Assembly (NCBI GenBank): GCA_050950765.1
Contig: JBMNIF010000002.1
Coordinates: 96,001 to 160,000, forward strand
Length of the DNA: 64,000 nucleotides
Source: Bdellovibrionota bacterium
Lineage (GTDB): Bacteria > Bdellovibrionota_C > UBA2361 > JAAYZI01
Direction of reading: 5' to 3'
Shown here piece after piece: positions 10,117 through 20,103 of this stretch. The notes under the pieces are model-generated. The model searched no databases. It was not told the origin of the DNA and worked only from the letters and a program-made list of their open reading frames with translations. The position numbers and the translations under genes were made by a program. Position 1 is the first letter of the stretch. Each line of letters begins with the position of its first letter.

Positions 10117-11316
10117 TTAATTACCATCTGACGACTCAAAAGTATCAGACGGTTTCGGCAATAATTTTCTCCCCCTTCTTGTATCGACACTATCCAATAA
10201 GATCAACTCCTGAGCGATAACAGGATCGTATGGGAGCTCTCCCAAGAGCGGCATATCAAGTTGATCAGAGATATAGTACGGCGATATAAATGTCCCTCGT
10301 TTAAACTCCAAGAACGCCACAACTATCGCAGATAAGAGCATTCCAACCATTGCGCCAAACGCTATAAAGATTAATTTATTAGGGAATACTGGACTAGCAG
10401 GTAAAGCTGGTTGTTCTGTAATTGAAAAATACGAGACATTACCCCTATTTTTTTCAATATCAAGCACAATATCGATATTAGTAATCTTTTTAAGTAATTC
10501 ATCATATACTTCGCGCACAGGTTTTTGAGCAGAGTCTGCTAAAAACATCGCCGCAGTTGTGTTATCTTTTGCAACTTCCTGTGGCTGAGGCAGCGCCTGA
10601 TAACGCTCCCTTAATATCTTCGCCTTAGCACGTAGCCTCTGAACCTCCGGATGCTTGTCCGTAAAGTGTTGCAGTAATAGCGCGATATCACCCTCTATCT
10701 TTTCTAACTCTTTTTTTACCTTAACTACATTACGAGAGGGTCCACTTTCTTCAGAATCTGCCAACACCTTTCCCAGCCGTATGATATGATTTTCAATAGC
10801 TGCACGGGTAGAAAGCAATGTGTCATTACGTTGCTTTATAACCACCTTTTCCATCTGCTTTATAACAGCTTTTGTCATATCCAAAGCTTTCTGCCTATCA
10901 CCTGCTACAACGGAAACTTGAAAGGCATTCGCTCCAATTCCAAAAAGATCGATCCTCTTAAGCAACTTCTCTCGCTCAAGAGCGTGCTGCTCTCTCGAGA
11001 CTCCACCGGAGAACTCTCCAAAATCTTTACCAAAATCATCAATAAACTCTAAGGTTAAGGCCTGCTGTAAGAGAGCTTGTCTTTGCCCCTTTAATTCACT
11101 TGGATCATAGACATCGGTAATTAAACTATTTACTAACGGATTCTGAAAATAACTAGCTTGAATGCTGATAACACCTTTAGACTTATACCGCTTCGGCAGA
11201 ACATAAGTTAAAGCCGTTGCGATGCCGATACAAAATCCGGAGATCAAGAAGATAGTCCAGAAATTTCTCAACAGGAGTGCAAATATGTCGCGAAAATCTA
11301 TTGTCTGCTCGTCCAT
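10117..11316 (-). CDS. Polysaccharide co-polymerase (Wzz/Wzc N-terminal, GNVR-like)
   Basis: Two TM helices flanking a coiled coil; FTDKHPEV, PASPVFPN, LDMPLLGELP. Confidence 0.85.
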   Translation of the reverse strand: MDEQTIDFRDIFALLLRNFWTIFLISGFCIGIATALTYVLPKRYKSKGVISIQASYFQNPLVNSLITDVYDPSELKGQRQALLQQALTLEFIDDFGKDFGEFSGGVSREQHALEREKLLKRIDLFGIGANAFQVSVVAGDRQKALDMTKAVIKQMEKVVIKQRNDTLLSTRAAIENHIIRLGKVLADSEESGPSRNVVKVKKELEKIEGDIALLLQHFTDKHPEVQRLRAKAKILRERYQALPQPQEVAKDNTTAAMFLADSAQKPVREVYDELLKKITNIDIVLDIEKNRGNVSYFSITEQPALPASPVFPNKLIFIAFGAMVGMLLSAIVVAFLEFKRGTFISPYYISDQLDMPLLGELPYDPVIAQELILLDSVDTRRGRKLLPKPSDTFESSDGN

Positions 11317-11972
11317 CCGCCCATCACTCCTGCATTATAAACAGCACCTAAGGGACGGATCCCGTATCGGTGCAATTTACCGGTTACTCTTCTGACCGAA
11401 GATCTATCCAAGGACTTGGGAGATGTAATTAAAATTGAAGCATCAACATGTTGAGCCACAATAACCGGATCCACCAAATCATCATTCAGATCCGACATCG
11501 CACAAGTATCAACGAACACAATATCGTAACTATCTGCGAACTTATCAATATAAGAGGAGATCTGAAAATCCGGACTAATTGCACGCCGATCCATTAAATC
11601 AGACCTCGCTGTAATCAGATCAATACGGCACGACTCTCCAAGCTCATATTTATTAAGCCTAACGGGTAAGTGAATCCCAATAATAGATTTTAATAAGGTA
11701 TTACCACTTTTTGATTGAGGAACTGTGTTTACAACAAGAACCCTCCCCGGTAAAAAACGCGCATAAGCTAACGCCAAAGCCGCCGTAAAAAAAGTTTTTC
11801 CCTCCTTCGGATACTCACTTAAAATAGCCAAACTCCGAAAATTTCTACTAGCTTGAGCAGTTAAAATCTGATTAATCAATCGTTTTATCTCGGTACGTTT
11901 GATAAAAGAATTCAAGGATTCAATGATCCCTTTATTCTCATCATCAACAATTCCGACATCAAATCTTTTCAT
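11298..11972 (-). CDS. BY-kinase domain (CpsD/Wzc C-terminal-like), separately encoded
   Basis: Walker A SEYPKEGKT, Walker B YDIVFVDT, GAVYN; overlaps the co-polymerase start. Confidence 0.8.
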   Translation of the reverse strand: MKRFDVGIVDDENKGIIESLNSFIKRTEIKRLINQILTAQASRNFRSLAILSEYPKEGKTFFTAALALAYARFLPGRVLVVNTVPQSKSGNTLLKSIIGIHLPVRLNKYELGESCRIDLITARSDLMDRRAISPDFQISSYIDKFADSYDIVFVDTCAMSDLNDDLVDPVIVAQHVDASILITSPKSLDRSSVRRVTGKLHRYGIRPLGAVYNAGVMGGWTSRQ

Positions 11973-11984
11973 CAGATTTCCTTT

Positions 11985-13025
11985 CTACAATGCCGCTCCC
12001 GCAATCACGCTGGTCGCCAGAGCGCCAACCACGGATGTGAAGTTTGAAATCAAGTTCTTCGGCTTTTCCACATGTACTACTATAATATCACCACCGTAAA
12101 TGGGAGGAATCTTATTGACATCTTTCATCTTAAAAAAGATTGATTCTCTTCCGTTTGCAGTAACCCTGATAATCTCTAAATTATTAAGGTCGGCGTTGTC
12201 TTTCGGGCCACCAGCTTTGGAAAGATAAAAGAAGAAATCAGAATCATTTTCATAGATATACTCACCAGGGGAGCCGACCTGCCCAAGGATCTGCACATAA
12301 TTTTTCCCAGCAGCACTTGCAGAAGTTGCATCAGCACCCTCACTCTGGAAAAAGACTTTATCACCACCACGCCAAGCAGGAATTAGCCCTTGAGCTCCCG
12401 CATAATATTCTGAAAGGCGCACCAAACGAGAAGAGCCTTCCTGATTAATGTTAATATATTTTGCAGCATACTCTCCTGTATTGCCCTGCATTAAAACTAA
12501 ACCTCCCGCACTTGCAATCAATTCGTCGATCGTACTGTTATCTTTCATCAAAAAACGCCCTGGTTTAACTACTAAACCACCAACCTCTACATAACGATCT
12601 CTTTCTGCTATGGAGATCGTCAGATCGGGAGTTCCTACAAAATAAGGGCGATAGGCATCAGTAATCCTCTTCTTCAACTCAGGAAAAGAGATCCCTCCAG
12701 CATTAACCGTAACATCATAAGGAAGTTCTAAGCGACCATCAAAATCAACGCGATATTTTCCCTTTAAACTCTTATCATCTTCTGTGCTGATCTTAATCAA
12801 GAATCCAGGGGCGATCTCATCCTTTAAGCGCTGAGCAGGCAAGGCAGCTACGGGTGTCTTGCTTGCAGCGTTATTAACTCGCTGCGTATTTCTGGCGATA
12901 GCGCGTTCCACCTCTAAATCACTTTGAGTTGATTCTTTATTTAAAGAACACGCCGAAAAGGAAAAAACCACCAATATAAAAAGAGCACATGTGGTGCACT
13001 TCTTTATCGTTTTTGCTATCTTCAT
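11985..13025 (-). CDS. Polysaccharide export lipoprotein (Wza/OPX with SLBB domains)
   Basis: Lipobox FSAC, VDFDGRLELPY, two SLBB repeats (GLVVKPG; GQVGSPG). Start moved to ATG 13025 after a GGGGA RBS. Confidence 0.85.
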   Translation of the reverse strand: MKIAKTIKKCTTCALFILVVFSFSACSLNKESTQSDLEVERAIARNTQRVNNAASKTPVAALPAQRLKDEIAPGFLIKISTEDDKSLKGKYRVDFDGRLELPYDVTVNAGGISFPELKKRITDAYRPYFVGTPDLTISIAERDRYVEVGGLVVKPGRFLMKDNSTIDELIASAGGLVLMQGNTGEYAAKYININQEGSSRLVRLSEYYAGAQGLIPAWRGGDKVFFQSEGADATSASAAGKNYVQILGQVGSPGEYIYENDSDFFFYLSKAGGPKDNADLNNLEIIRVTANGRESIFFKMKDVNKIPPIYGGDIIVVHVEKPKNLISNFTSVVGALATSVIAGAAL

Positions 13026-13273
13026 TATCCCCCTCTGAAAGTTACGCAAAAAAGTAATCAGTTCCAAAAAAACATAATATTATCTACAAAATAACAACTT
13101 CGCCGCACACATCGTCGACGTTTTTTTCCTCCTTCTGTTTTTTAAACTCAACTATAAAATATCAAACGTTCTATAAATTTTATAATTGTATTACTTTTTC
13201 GTCTGAAACCAATCAAAGCTAAATAATCTTTTGCTTCACAACTTAATGGAGAACTTAATAATATAGTTATTAA

Positions 13274-14425
13274 TTACGATATTTTACTATATATTGTAGT
13301 CAAATTTCTTAGCCATTGTACACCACTGAAGGTATCTTTGACCCGTTCTTGAAATTTAATAGCAAACTGTTCTCTAAAATGCGGATCAGAGATCATCTTT
13401 GCTAATCGTTTTGCCATCTTATTCTCAGGATCAGTAGGAGAAACTAAAGCCGTCTCTTCATCCCAATTAATCAGATCACAAATCCCATCAACTGCCGTAC
13501 AAAAAACAGGAGTCCCTGCCCAAGCAGCTTCAAGTAAATTAATAGGCAATCCCTCCGCATCCGACATCGAAAAAAGGAGATCGAAGCCCGCCATTTCAGA
13601 ACCGAGTTTCTGTCGATACCCCATCCACCGTAAATGCTTTGCAATTCCGAGATCGTTAGCTAACTGTTTTAAGGGATATTCGTAGTTACCCTTTCCGAAA
13701 ATAAGCAGAACCCACTCGGGCACGCCCTCTATCTCCATCAGTGATTTTAGCACCTTAAAAATACGATCCAGCCCCTTCTCAGAAGAAATTCGTCCAGCAT
13801 ATCCTAGAATAAGTGTACCTTCTTTTATTCCAAGATTAGTTATCCCCCATTTTTCACGAACTTCAGTAGCCGCACCCTCTCTCTCTTCAGGTCTAATTAA
13901 AGCTCTATCTACCCCGTTAAGGTGCAAGAATACCTTCTCTTCAGGCAAGCCCCGTTTTATCAATAACTCTCTATCACTACTACAAACCGCAAGCACACCA
14001 TCGTATTGCGGTAAAATACAGTGCACATAAAACTGCTCCAGTAATTTGATCTTCCAGCCACGTCGCGCACGCACACCGTGGTGCGTTGAAACAAGTTTCG
14101 GCGCACAATCTTTTAATTTTTTTACCGCCCAAAGGGTATAGGCAGAAGCTTTAACATCGTGCGCATGAAGTATCTGCGGTTTTATCTCTTCTAAAAGATC
14201 CCTTAACGTCTTAATAGCACCCCTATCAAAACGACTTCTTACAATAATCTCATGTACCGTTAATCCGAACTGACGTGCATATTCAACAGGGGCACGTCCC
14301 TCCTCTCCCTTCCTCGCTTCAGTTAATATGATTACTTGAACTGGCTGCCCTAACTTAGGAAGCGCTGGAATGACCAACGTTTCTGGACCACTTACAATAG
14401 ATGAATTAAAAACATGAACTATCAT
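13274..14425 (-). CDS. GT4 glycosyltransferase
   Basis: HAHD, GRISSEKG, EGLPINLLEA. Confidence 0.9.
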   Translation of the reverse strand: MIVHVFNSSIVSGPETLVIPALPKLGQPVQVIILTEARKGEEGRAPVEYARQFGLTVHEIIVRSRFDRGAIKTLRDLLEEIKPQILHAHDVKASAYTLWAVKKLKDCAPKLVSTHHGVRARRGWKIKLLEQFYVHCILPQYDGVLAVCSSDRELLIKRGLPEEKVFLHLNGVDRALIRPEEREGAATEVREKWGITNLGIKEGTLILGYAGRISSEKGLDRIFKVLKSLMEIEGVPEWVLLIFGKGNYEYPLKQLANDLGIAKHLRWMGYRQKLGSEMAGFDLLFSMSDAEGLPINLLEAAWAGTPVFCTAVDGICDLINWDEETALVSPTDPENKMAKRLAKMISDPHFREQFAIKFQERVKDTFSGVQWLRNLTTIYSKIS

Positions 14426-14518
14426 TAACTATCTATAACTAAAGTTCTTACAATTGAACAACAACTTTTTACGTTTAAAAACGTTCCGTAAACACAAAGG
14501 TAAAATTACGTCCAACGC

Positions 14519-15271
14519 TTAAAGGTGCTCCGTTAATATAAAGGTAAAATTACGTCCAACGCTTTTCTGATCCCGTCGGTATGAATTATAGTGCGGATCT
14601 TCTACCGTACAGATCCCGCAATTGTGTAAGGTAGCCTCTCTCGTAACGTCGTATACTTGTGTTGTAATAGCTTTAAACATATCTACATAATAGTGTTTGT
14701 CATCATTACCAGCACAGGAAAACTCAACACCGATAGCTGATCTAACATCATCCATAACTTCAAAACACTTTGCACAGATATGCGGCCCAACCACAACCTG
14801 CACTGCTTTATCGGCGCTCTCTTTTAAAACTGCCTCAACTGCCTTTTTTACAATCCCAGATGCCACACCACGCCACCCTGCATGCACAAGTGCTAAACGG
14901 GAACTCCCCTTTATAATTACAGGTAAACAATCTGCTGTACGAATGATCGCTAAAAACGGTACCTGCTGTTTTTGATTAAAGACAAAGGCATCGCCGTTAA
15001 GTTTCTTTCCTGATAAAACACCTTGTCTGATCTTTTCTATCCCGCACTTATCAACATCTATCACATCAGAGCTATGAATTTGATTAAGCTCCAAAGAGAT
15101 ATCTGTTTTAAAGATGGCGCTAAGATCCTCACGCAGAGTAGCATCTTCCGCACCTCCCTGATAACGCCCTAAAAAACCGTGTACAACCCCACTCTCTACT
15201 AAAGGTTGTGAAAAGTAATGGGGGATCCCCTTTTTTAAAAAAGTATCAGCAACAATTTTAATATCGATCAT
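14519..15271 (-). CDS. pgeF: PgeF/YfiH (laccase-domain) family protein
   Basis: QIHS, TADCLPV, HAGWRG, GPHICAKCFEV, SYRR; adjacent to rluD. Confidence 0.9.
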   Translation of the reverse strand: MIDIKIVADTFLKKGIPHYFSQPLVESGVVHGFLGRYQGGAEDATLREDLSAIFKTDISLELNQIHSSDVIDVDKCGIEKIRQGVLSGKKLNGDAFVFNQKQQVPFLAIIRTADCLPVIIKGSSRLALVHAGWRGVASGIVKKAVEAVLKESADKAVQVVVGPHICAKCFEVMDDVRSAIGVEFSCAGNDDKHYYVDMFKAITTQVYDVTREATLHNCGICTVEDPHYNSYRRDQKSVGRNFTFILTEHL

Positions 15272-15296
15272 CTAACTCTCTTACATTTATAAAAAG

Positions 15297-16274
15297 CTAC
15301 GGAGAAAAGCTCCTAAAAGTCGTCAATAAATCTTCAAAATCAGTAGGGAGTTGAGCCTCTATCAGTAACGGTTTATGAGTTAACGGATGTTCAAACTCAA
15401 CTTTTTTAGCATGTAACGCCTGCCTACCGAAACGATCCGCTGCCCTTTTTAATTCTAGCGGTAGACCACTAGTATCTCCATACAAACGGTCTCCTATTAA
15501 CGGCGAGTTAAGATAATCCATATGGACACGGATCTGATGGGTACGCCCTGTTTTTAAAACAACATCCAGTAGAGTAGCATAGGCTAAACTTTCTAACCTC
15601 TGCCAAGAAGTGATCGCCTCCTTTCCACCATCAGGCAAGACCGCCATCTTACGCCAATTCTTAGGATGTCGTCCCATCCTAGTTATAACCTCACCAGAAT
15701 CTTCGATCTGAACTGGACGCTTAGCTCGTGGAGTTGTAAAAACCAACGCTGCATAAGTCTTTTTTATCCTTCTTTCAGCAAATAACGCCACCAGCGCTGT
15801 TTGCATTTCAACATTTTTAGCTACAAGGACAACCCCTGTCGTATCTTTATCGAGTCGATGCACAATTCCAGAGCGCGGCGGAAGGTGCCTACCTTGAAAA
15901 TAGTGACACAATCCATTTAAAAGAGTCGGTACTTGTGGACCCGCCCCTGGGTGCATACTTAATCCCGCCTGCTTATTAATTGCTAAGAGATCATCATCTT
16001 CATATAAGATATCAAGGGGGATCGCTAGCGGTTTAGGCTCCGATAAATTCATCACTGGAACGTTTATCGTTACCACCTGATTATCTTTTAGAATAGTTCC
16101 CGCTTTTAAAACTTTTTTCTGATCAAGTGTCACACGTCCGGCTTCTATCCAATTTTTTAATTGAGAACGTGACAACGAAGAGAGCTCCGTTTCATCACTA
16201 AAATAATCCAACAACGCTAAATCCAGACGCTCTCCACCGACAGTGACATTAAAAGATCGAAATTCATCACTCAT
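15297..16274 (-). CDS. rluD: RluA-family 23S rRNA pseudouridine synthase (RluD-like)
   Basis: S4 domain, HRLDKDTTG, TGRTHQIRVH, RQALHA. Confidence 0.9.
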   Translation of the reverse strand: MSDEFRSFNVTVGGERLDLALLDYFSDETELSSLSRSQLKNWIEAGRVTLDQKKVLKAGTILKDNQVVTINVPVMNLSEPKPLAIPLDILYEDDDLLAINKQAGLSMHPGAGPQVPTLLNGLCHYFQGRHLPPRSGIVHRLDKDTTGVVLVAKNVEMQTALVALFAERRIKKTYAALVFTTPRAKRPVQIEDSGEVITRMGRHPKNWRKMAVLPDGGKEAITSWQRLESLAYATLLDVVLKTGRTHQIRVHMDYLNSPLIGDRLYGDTSGLPLELKRAADRFGRQALHAKKVEFEHPLTHKPLLIEAQLPTDFEDLLTTFRSFSP

Positions 16275-16285
16275 ATCTCTTTTAT

Positions 16286-17242
16286 TTATCTTGCTAAGAA
16301 AAACTTTTTTGCTCTTTCTAGGTCAATCTTGATCTGCCTTTTTAACTCTTCCTGATCTGCAAAAGCCACTTCATCTCTAAGCCGATCTAAAAATTCAACC
16401 TGAATTCTTTTAGAATACAGATTAAGTACCTTATCTGTCAAAAAGTGTGTCTCAACACTCCTTAACTCTCTTTTAAAAGTTGGGCAAAATCCGATGTTAG
16501 TAATTGAATCATACGTTTCGCCAAGAAAGTGACTTTGCGTTAAATAAACACCATCACGTGGAACGATCTGTTCATTCTCTTTTAAATTAGCTGTTGGGAA
16601 ACCTATTTTCTGCCCGACCTGCTCTCCACTAACTACATACGAATCAAGTATAAAGTTCCTTCCAAGTAACGGCTTAACATCTTTTACAGCACCTGTCCTA
16701 AGTAAACCACGTATCCTCTCTGAACTGATACGCATATCATCTACCAAGATCTGCGAGACAACACTTAAAGAGCGTCCTAATTCCGCAAATTTTTTACTAA
16801 GAAAAGGCACATCTCCTTCTCTGCCATAACCAAAGGCAGCATCCTCCCCTACCACCAAAGTTTCAACATTTAACTCATTGATTAAAACTTTATTAATAAA
16901 ATCAAGAGCAGTACAACGACTAAATGCCGGTGTAAAATGCACCATATATAGGATATCTATCCCATATTCAGACAAGATCTCTAAACGTTGCCTCAAGGAA
17001 GTGATAAGTTTTAAATGTGGATTTTTTCCCAGCACGACAGCTGGATGAGGATGAAAACTGATAGCTATCGAGGTTGCTTTTTCCCCAGCATCACAATACT
17101 TATTTTTGATCTCTAATACTCTGGACAACAACGCTAAGTGCCCTAAGTGTAAACCATCAAAGCTACCTATCGTTGCCACAACGGGCGTACCTATTTGAGG
17201 TAATCTGGTTGTTCCTCTGACTACTAACGTTTGTACCATCAA
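16286..17242 (-). CDS. ribF: Riboflavin kinase/FAD synthetase
   Basis: GSFDGLHLGH, ISSERIR, GFPTAN, VETH. Confidence 0.95.
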   Translation of the reverse strand: MMVQTLVVRGTTRLPQIGTPVVATIGSFDGLHLGHLALLSRVLEIKNKYCDAGEKATSIAISFHPHPAVVLGKNPHLKLITSLRQRLEILSEYGIDILYMVHFTPAFSRCTALDFINKVLINELNVETLVVGEDAAFGYGREGDVPFLSKKFAELGRSLSVVSQILVDDMRISSERIRGLLRTGAVKDVKPLLGRNFILDSYVVSGEQVGQKIGFPTANLKENEQIVPRDGVYLTQSHFLGETYDSITNIGFCPTFKRELRSVETHFLTDKVLNLYSKRIQVEFLDRLRDEVAFADQEELKRQIKIDLERAKKFFLAR

Positions 17243-17252
17243 TCAAAGCGCA

Positions 17253-17969
17253 CTAACGCAGATCTGCTAACCTTTGTTTAGCCTGCTCTGCCTCAACTGA
17301 CTGAGGATAATCATTGATTAATTTTCTAAAGGTTAGATCTGCTGTTCTCGAATCGCCCATTCTAATAAAAACAGATCCTTGACGTAACAGAGCAAGAGCC
17401 TTGCGTGTTTGCCCTGTTGGCATTGCAACTATCGCTCCGTAAGTCTCAAGCGCTCTTCTATTATCACCCAACCCTTCAAGAGCAACACCACGCCAGAAAA
17501 GCAGGTGTACAGAACCTTCTGCGCTACCGTTTCTGTCATAAGCTTCTTGTAAAAGCGGCAAAGCATCTTGGAAACGACCGTCTCTAATAAGTTGCAGAGC
17601 TGACATAAAGGTCTTCCCTACCTCTGTATTAGGAAGGGTGGCGGCGTAAGCCTCATCCTCATTTAACGTCGCAACAGGAACTATTGCAGGGGGGTCTTTT
17701 TTAATTAGACTATTAACATTATCAGTTAACGCTGTCGGGCTTCCGCCTAGCTGGGCACGTTGAAGATACTCTAAGTTCTCAACACGCCCAACCAGACCCC
17801 GTAATTCATTACGAATTGACTCCAATTCACTCGTTTGCTCAGCTTGAAACGTACGAACATCAGACATAGATCTCTGCACCCGATTTAAATCGTTCTTAAC
17901 GTCACGCCCAGAATTTGTGCAAGACGAAAGAGGTAACAATAAGATGAGAAGAAAACTATACTTTTTCAT
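17253..17969 (-). CDS. cpoB: Tol-Pal TPR lipoprotein CpoB/YbgF
   Basis: Lipobox, coiled coil and TPR; directly downstream of pal. Confidence 0.8.
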   Translation of the reverse strand: MKKYSFLLILLLPLSSCTNSGRDVKNDLNRVQRSMSDVRTFQAEQTSELESIRNELRGLVGRVENLEYLQRAQLGGSPTALTDNVNSLIKKDPPAIVPVATLNEDEAYAATLPNTEVGKTFMSALQLIRDGRFQDALPLLQEAYDRNGSAEGSVHLLFWRGVALEGLGDNRRALETYGAIVAMPTGQTRKALALLRQGSVFIRMGDSRTADLTFRKLINDYPQSVEAEQAKQRLADLR

Positions 17970-18004
17970 ACAAGCTAAGATCCCGATGACTTTAAAATCA
18001 ACTC

Positions 18005-18448
18005 TTACTTAACTACGAAGTGATCTCTTCTATTCTTTGCCCATGCTTCTTCAGTGTGTGCAGGATCAAGAGGAAGATCTTCACCATAACTAATTGTGCT
18101 CATACGAGAAGCATCAACTCCAAGAGAGATGAGATACTCCATCGCGGAATTGGCACGACGAGATCCAAGTGCCATGTTGTACTCATTGGTTCCACGCTCA
18201 TCGCAATGTCCCTCAATGGTAACACTCGCTTCCGGATTAGCCTTTAACCACTCGGCATGAGCTTGTAAGGTCTCTTTTGATTTATCACACAAAGAATATG
18301 AGTCAAAAGCAAAGAAGATATCTTCCAAAACAGATTCTTCACCAGCTACTGGAATAGCAGCATCATCAGCAATTTCACGAGTACGGCATGAGCAGCCAGA
18401 TACGGCGAACAAGCACAATACGATGAAAACAAATTTTAACGTACGCAT
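18005..18448 (-). CDS. pal: Peptidoglycan-associated lipoprotein Pal
   Basis: IEGHCDERGTNEYNMALG, SYGE, NRR. Start reassigned to ATG 18448 (AGGAG RBS, lipobox VSGC). Confidence 0.95.
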   Translation of the reverse strand: MRTLKFVFIVLCLFAVSGCSCRTREIADDAAIPVAGEESVLEDIFFAFDSYSLCDKSKETLQAHAEWLKANPEASVTIEGHCDERGTNEYNMALGSRRANSAMEYLISLGVDASRMSTISYGEDLPLDPAHTEEAWAKNRRDHFVVK

Positions 18449-18712
18449 AACAATTCTCCTAATGCTAAAAAGCCCGGTGTGGCGATCTTTCTCGTCACAT
18501 CGGAGCCAAAAATCTCTCACCGATAGCCACTTAGATCTACCTTCTAAAAAACTAAGGTTTAACTAACAAGATCTTGAGCGACTCAGGTAAACGGGGAAAC
18601 AATCCTTCTAACTTTCTAATACTTTAGATTTGCATAAGAATCAACAACTCTTATGAAATTTTATTATCTTTTTACGTTTTTTTTATGACGAAGAAGGAAC
18701 TTCTCTCGTAAA

Positions 18713-20011
18713 TCAACGCACCACAGGTCCCCAAGCCGGTTCTGTATCACTACCATGCCCATGCGTGAGTTGGGTGATATTACCACCGTCATTACGCATC
18801 ATAGCGATGTTAAAGCCTGCCTTACGTCCAAAAGTCGAAGCAAAAACTAGATACCTCCCATCGGGAGACCAGTCCGGATCTTCATTATCACCATATGAAG
18901 TAAGTTGCAAAGCGTTCATCCCTGTTACATCAGAGACAAACACCTGAAACGCCCCATCAGCTCTACACACATACGCTATCTTATCTCCTTTTGGCGACCA
19001 AGCAGGAGAAGTGCAATAAGATGAGGTCACGTAACTGATACGCTTAACGTTAGATCCATCACTATTCATAATATATATCTGCGGACTACCAGCTCTATCA
19101 GAACAGAAAGTAATTTTAGAACCATCAGGGGAGTAATCGGGAGAAACATCGATAGCACGCGACCCACTTGTTAACTTTCTCAAGATACTTCCGCTACGAT
19201 TCATCATAACGATATCAGATTCTCTTCCCACAGAACGTGAAAGTAAGATATTCCTTCCATCTGGAGTATACACAGCACCGATCTCTAAGGCGCTCCCCCT
19301 CGTCAACCTCTGAATACGACGATTTGCTGGATTTAAAGCGTATACCTCCGGCACCCTATCTCTATAAGTCGTGTAAAGCAGCTCCGTTCCAAATTGATTC
19401 CACGATGCAGAGATCGCCAGCCCCTTATCATTTGTAAGTTGTCTGACATTACTCCCATCCATATCCATTACGAACAGCTCTTTAAAACGTCCGACTTTAC
19501 CAGAAAACACGATCTGACTTCCAAAAACCCCCTCTTCTCCAGTGAAAAACTTCAGAATTTCATTAGCAAATTTATGAGCCATGCTTCGTATCTGAGCAGG
19601 CTCTCCAACATACTCCTTCCCGAGCACTACACGTTGCCTCTGCACATCATGCAAAAAGAGGGAGACTCGAACATTAGCATTAGCCACCTCAACAACGCCC
19701 TTCACCAACCCTTCAACCCCGATCACGCTCCAATCAGAATAGGCAAATCCTTCCGGCCCATCACACTTACCAGGTGTCTCAATAAAAGAATTAGGATTTA
19801 AGATCTCAAAATATCCGGAGAGCTTAAGGTCTTTCGCTATAACTTGTGGAATTTCCTTAGCAGCGGGGCTATCGCCACCTTTTAAACATAACTGTGGCAA
19901 CGCGATCGGATACAATCGTCCAGCTCCCTGCACATTCAATCTAGTCTGCGCAAAAGCAGAAACAGGGAAGATAAAGCACACCAAAAAAACCAAAGATAAT
20001 AACTTTTTCAT
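18713..20011 (-). CDS. tolB: TolB beta-propeller
   Basis: PD40 repeats (SPAWSPKG, DPDWSPDG), signal peptide, operon position. Confidence 0.95.
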   Translation of the reverse strand: MKKLLSLVFLVCFIFPVSAFAQTRLNVQGAGRLYPIALPQLCLKGGDSPAAKEIPQVIAKDLKLSGYFEILNPNSFIETPGKCDGPEGFAYSDWSVIGVEGLVKGVVEVANANVRVSLFLHDVQRQRVVLGKEYVGEPAQIRSMAHKFANEILKFFTGEEGVFGSQIVFSGKVGRFKELFVMDMDGSNVRQLTNDKGLAISASWNQFGTELLYTTYRDRVPEVYALNPANRRIQRLTRGSALEIGAVYTPDGRNILLSRSVGRESDIVMMNRSGSILRKLTSGSRAIDVSPDYSPDGSKITFCSDRAGSPQIYIMNSDGSNVKRISYVTSSYCTSPAWSPKGDKIAYVCRADGAFQVFVSDVTGMNALQLTSYGDNEDPDWSPDGRYLVFASTFGRKAGFNIAMMRNDGGNITQLTHGHGSDTEPAWGPVVR

Positions 20012-20103
20012 AATCTTTTATTCCGTACTTAAAAAAGAGACCTTACGGCAAAACCCTCTCTCATTTGTATCAAGATGAAAGATGCGAGGAAAGAGATTAA
20101 CCG

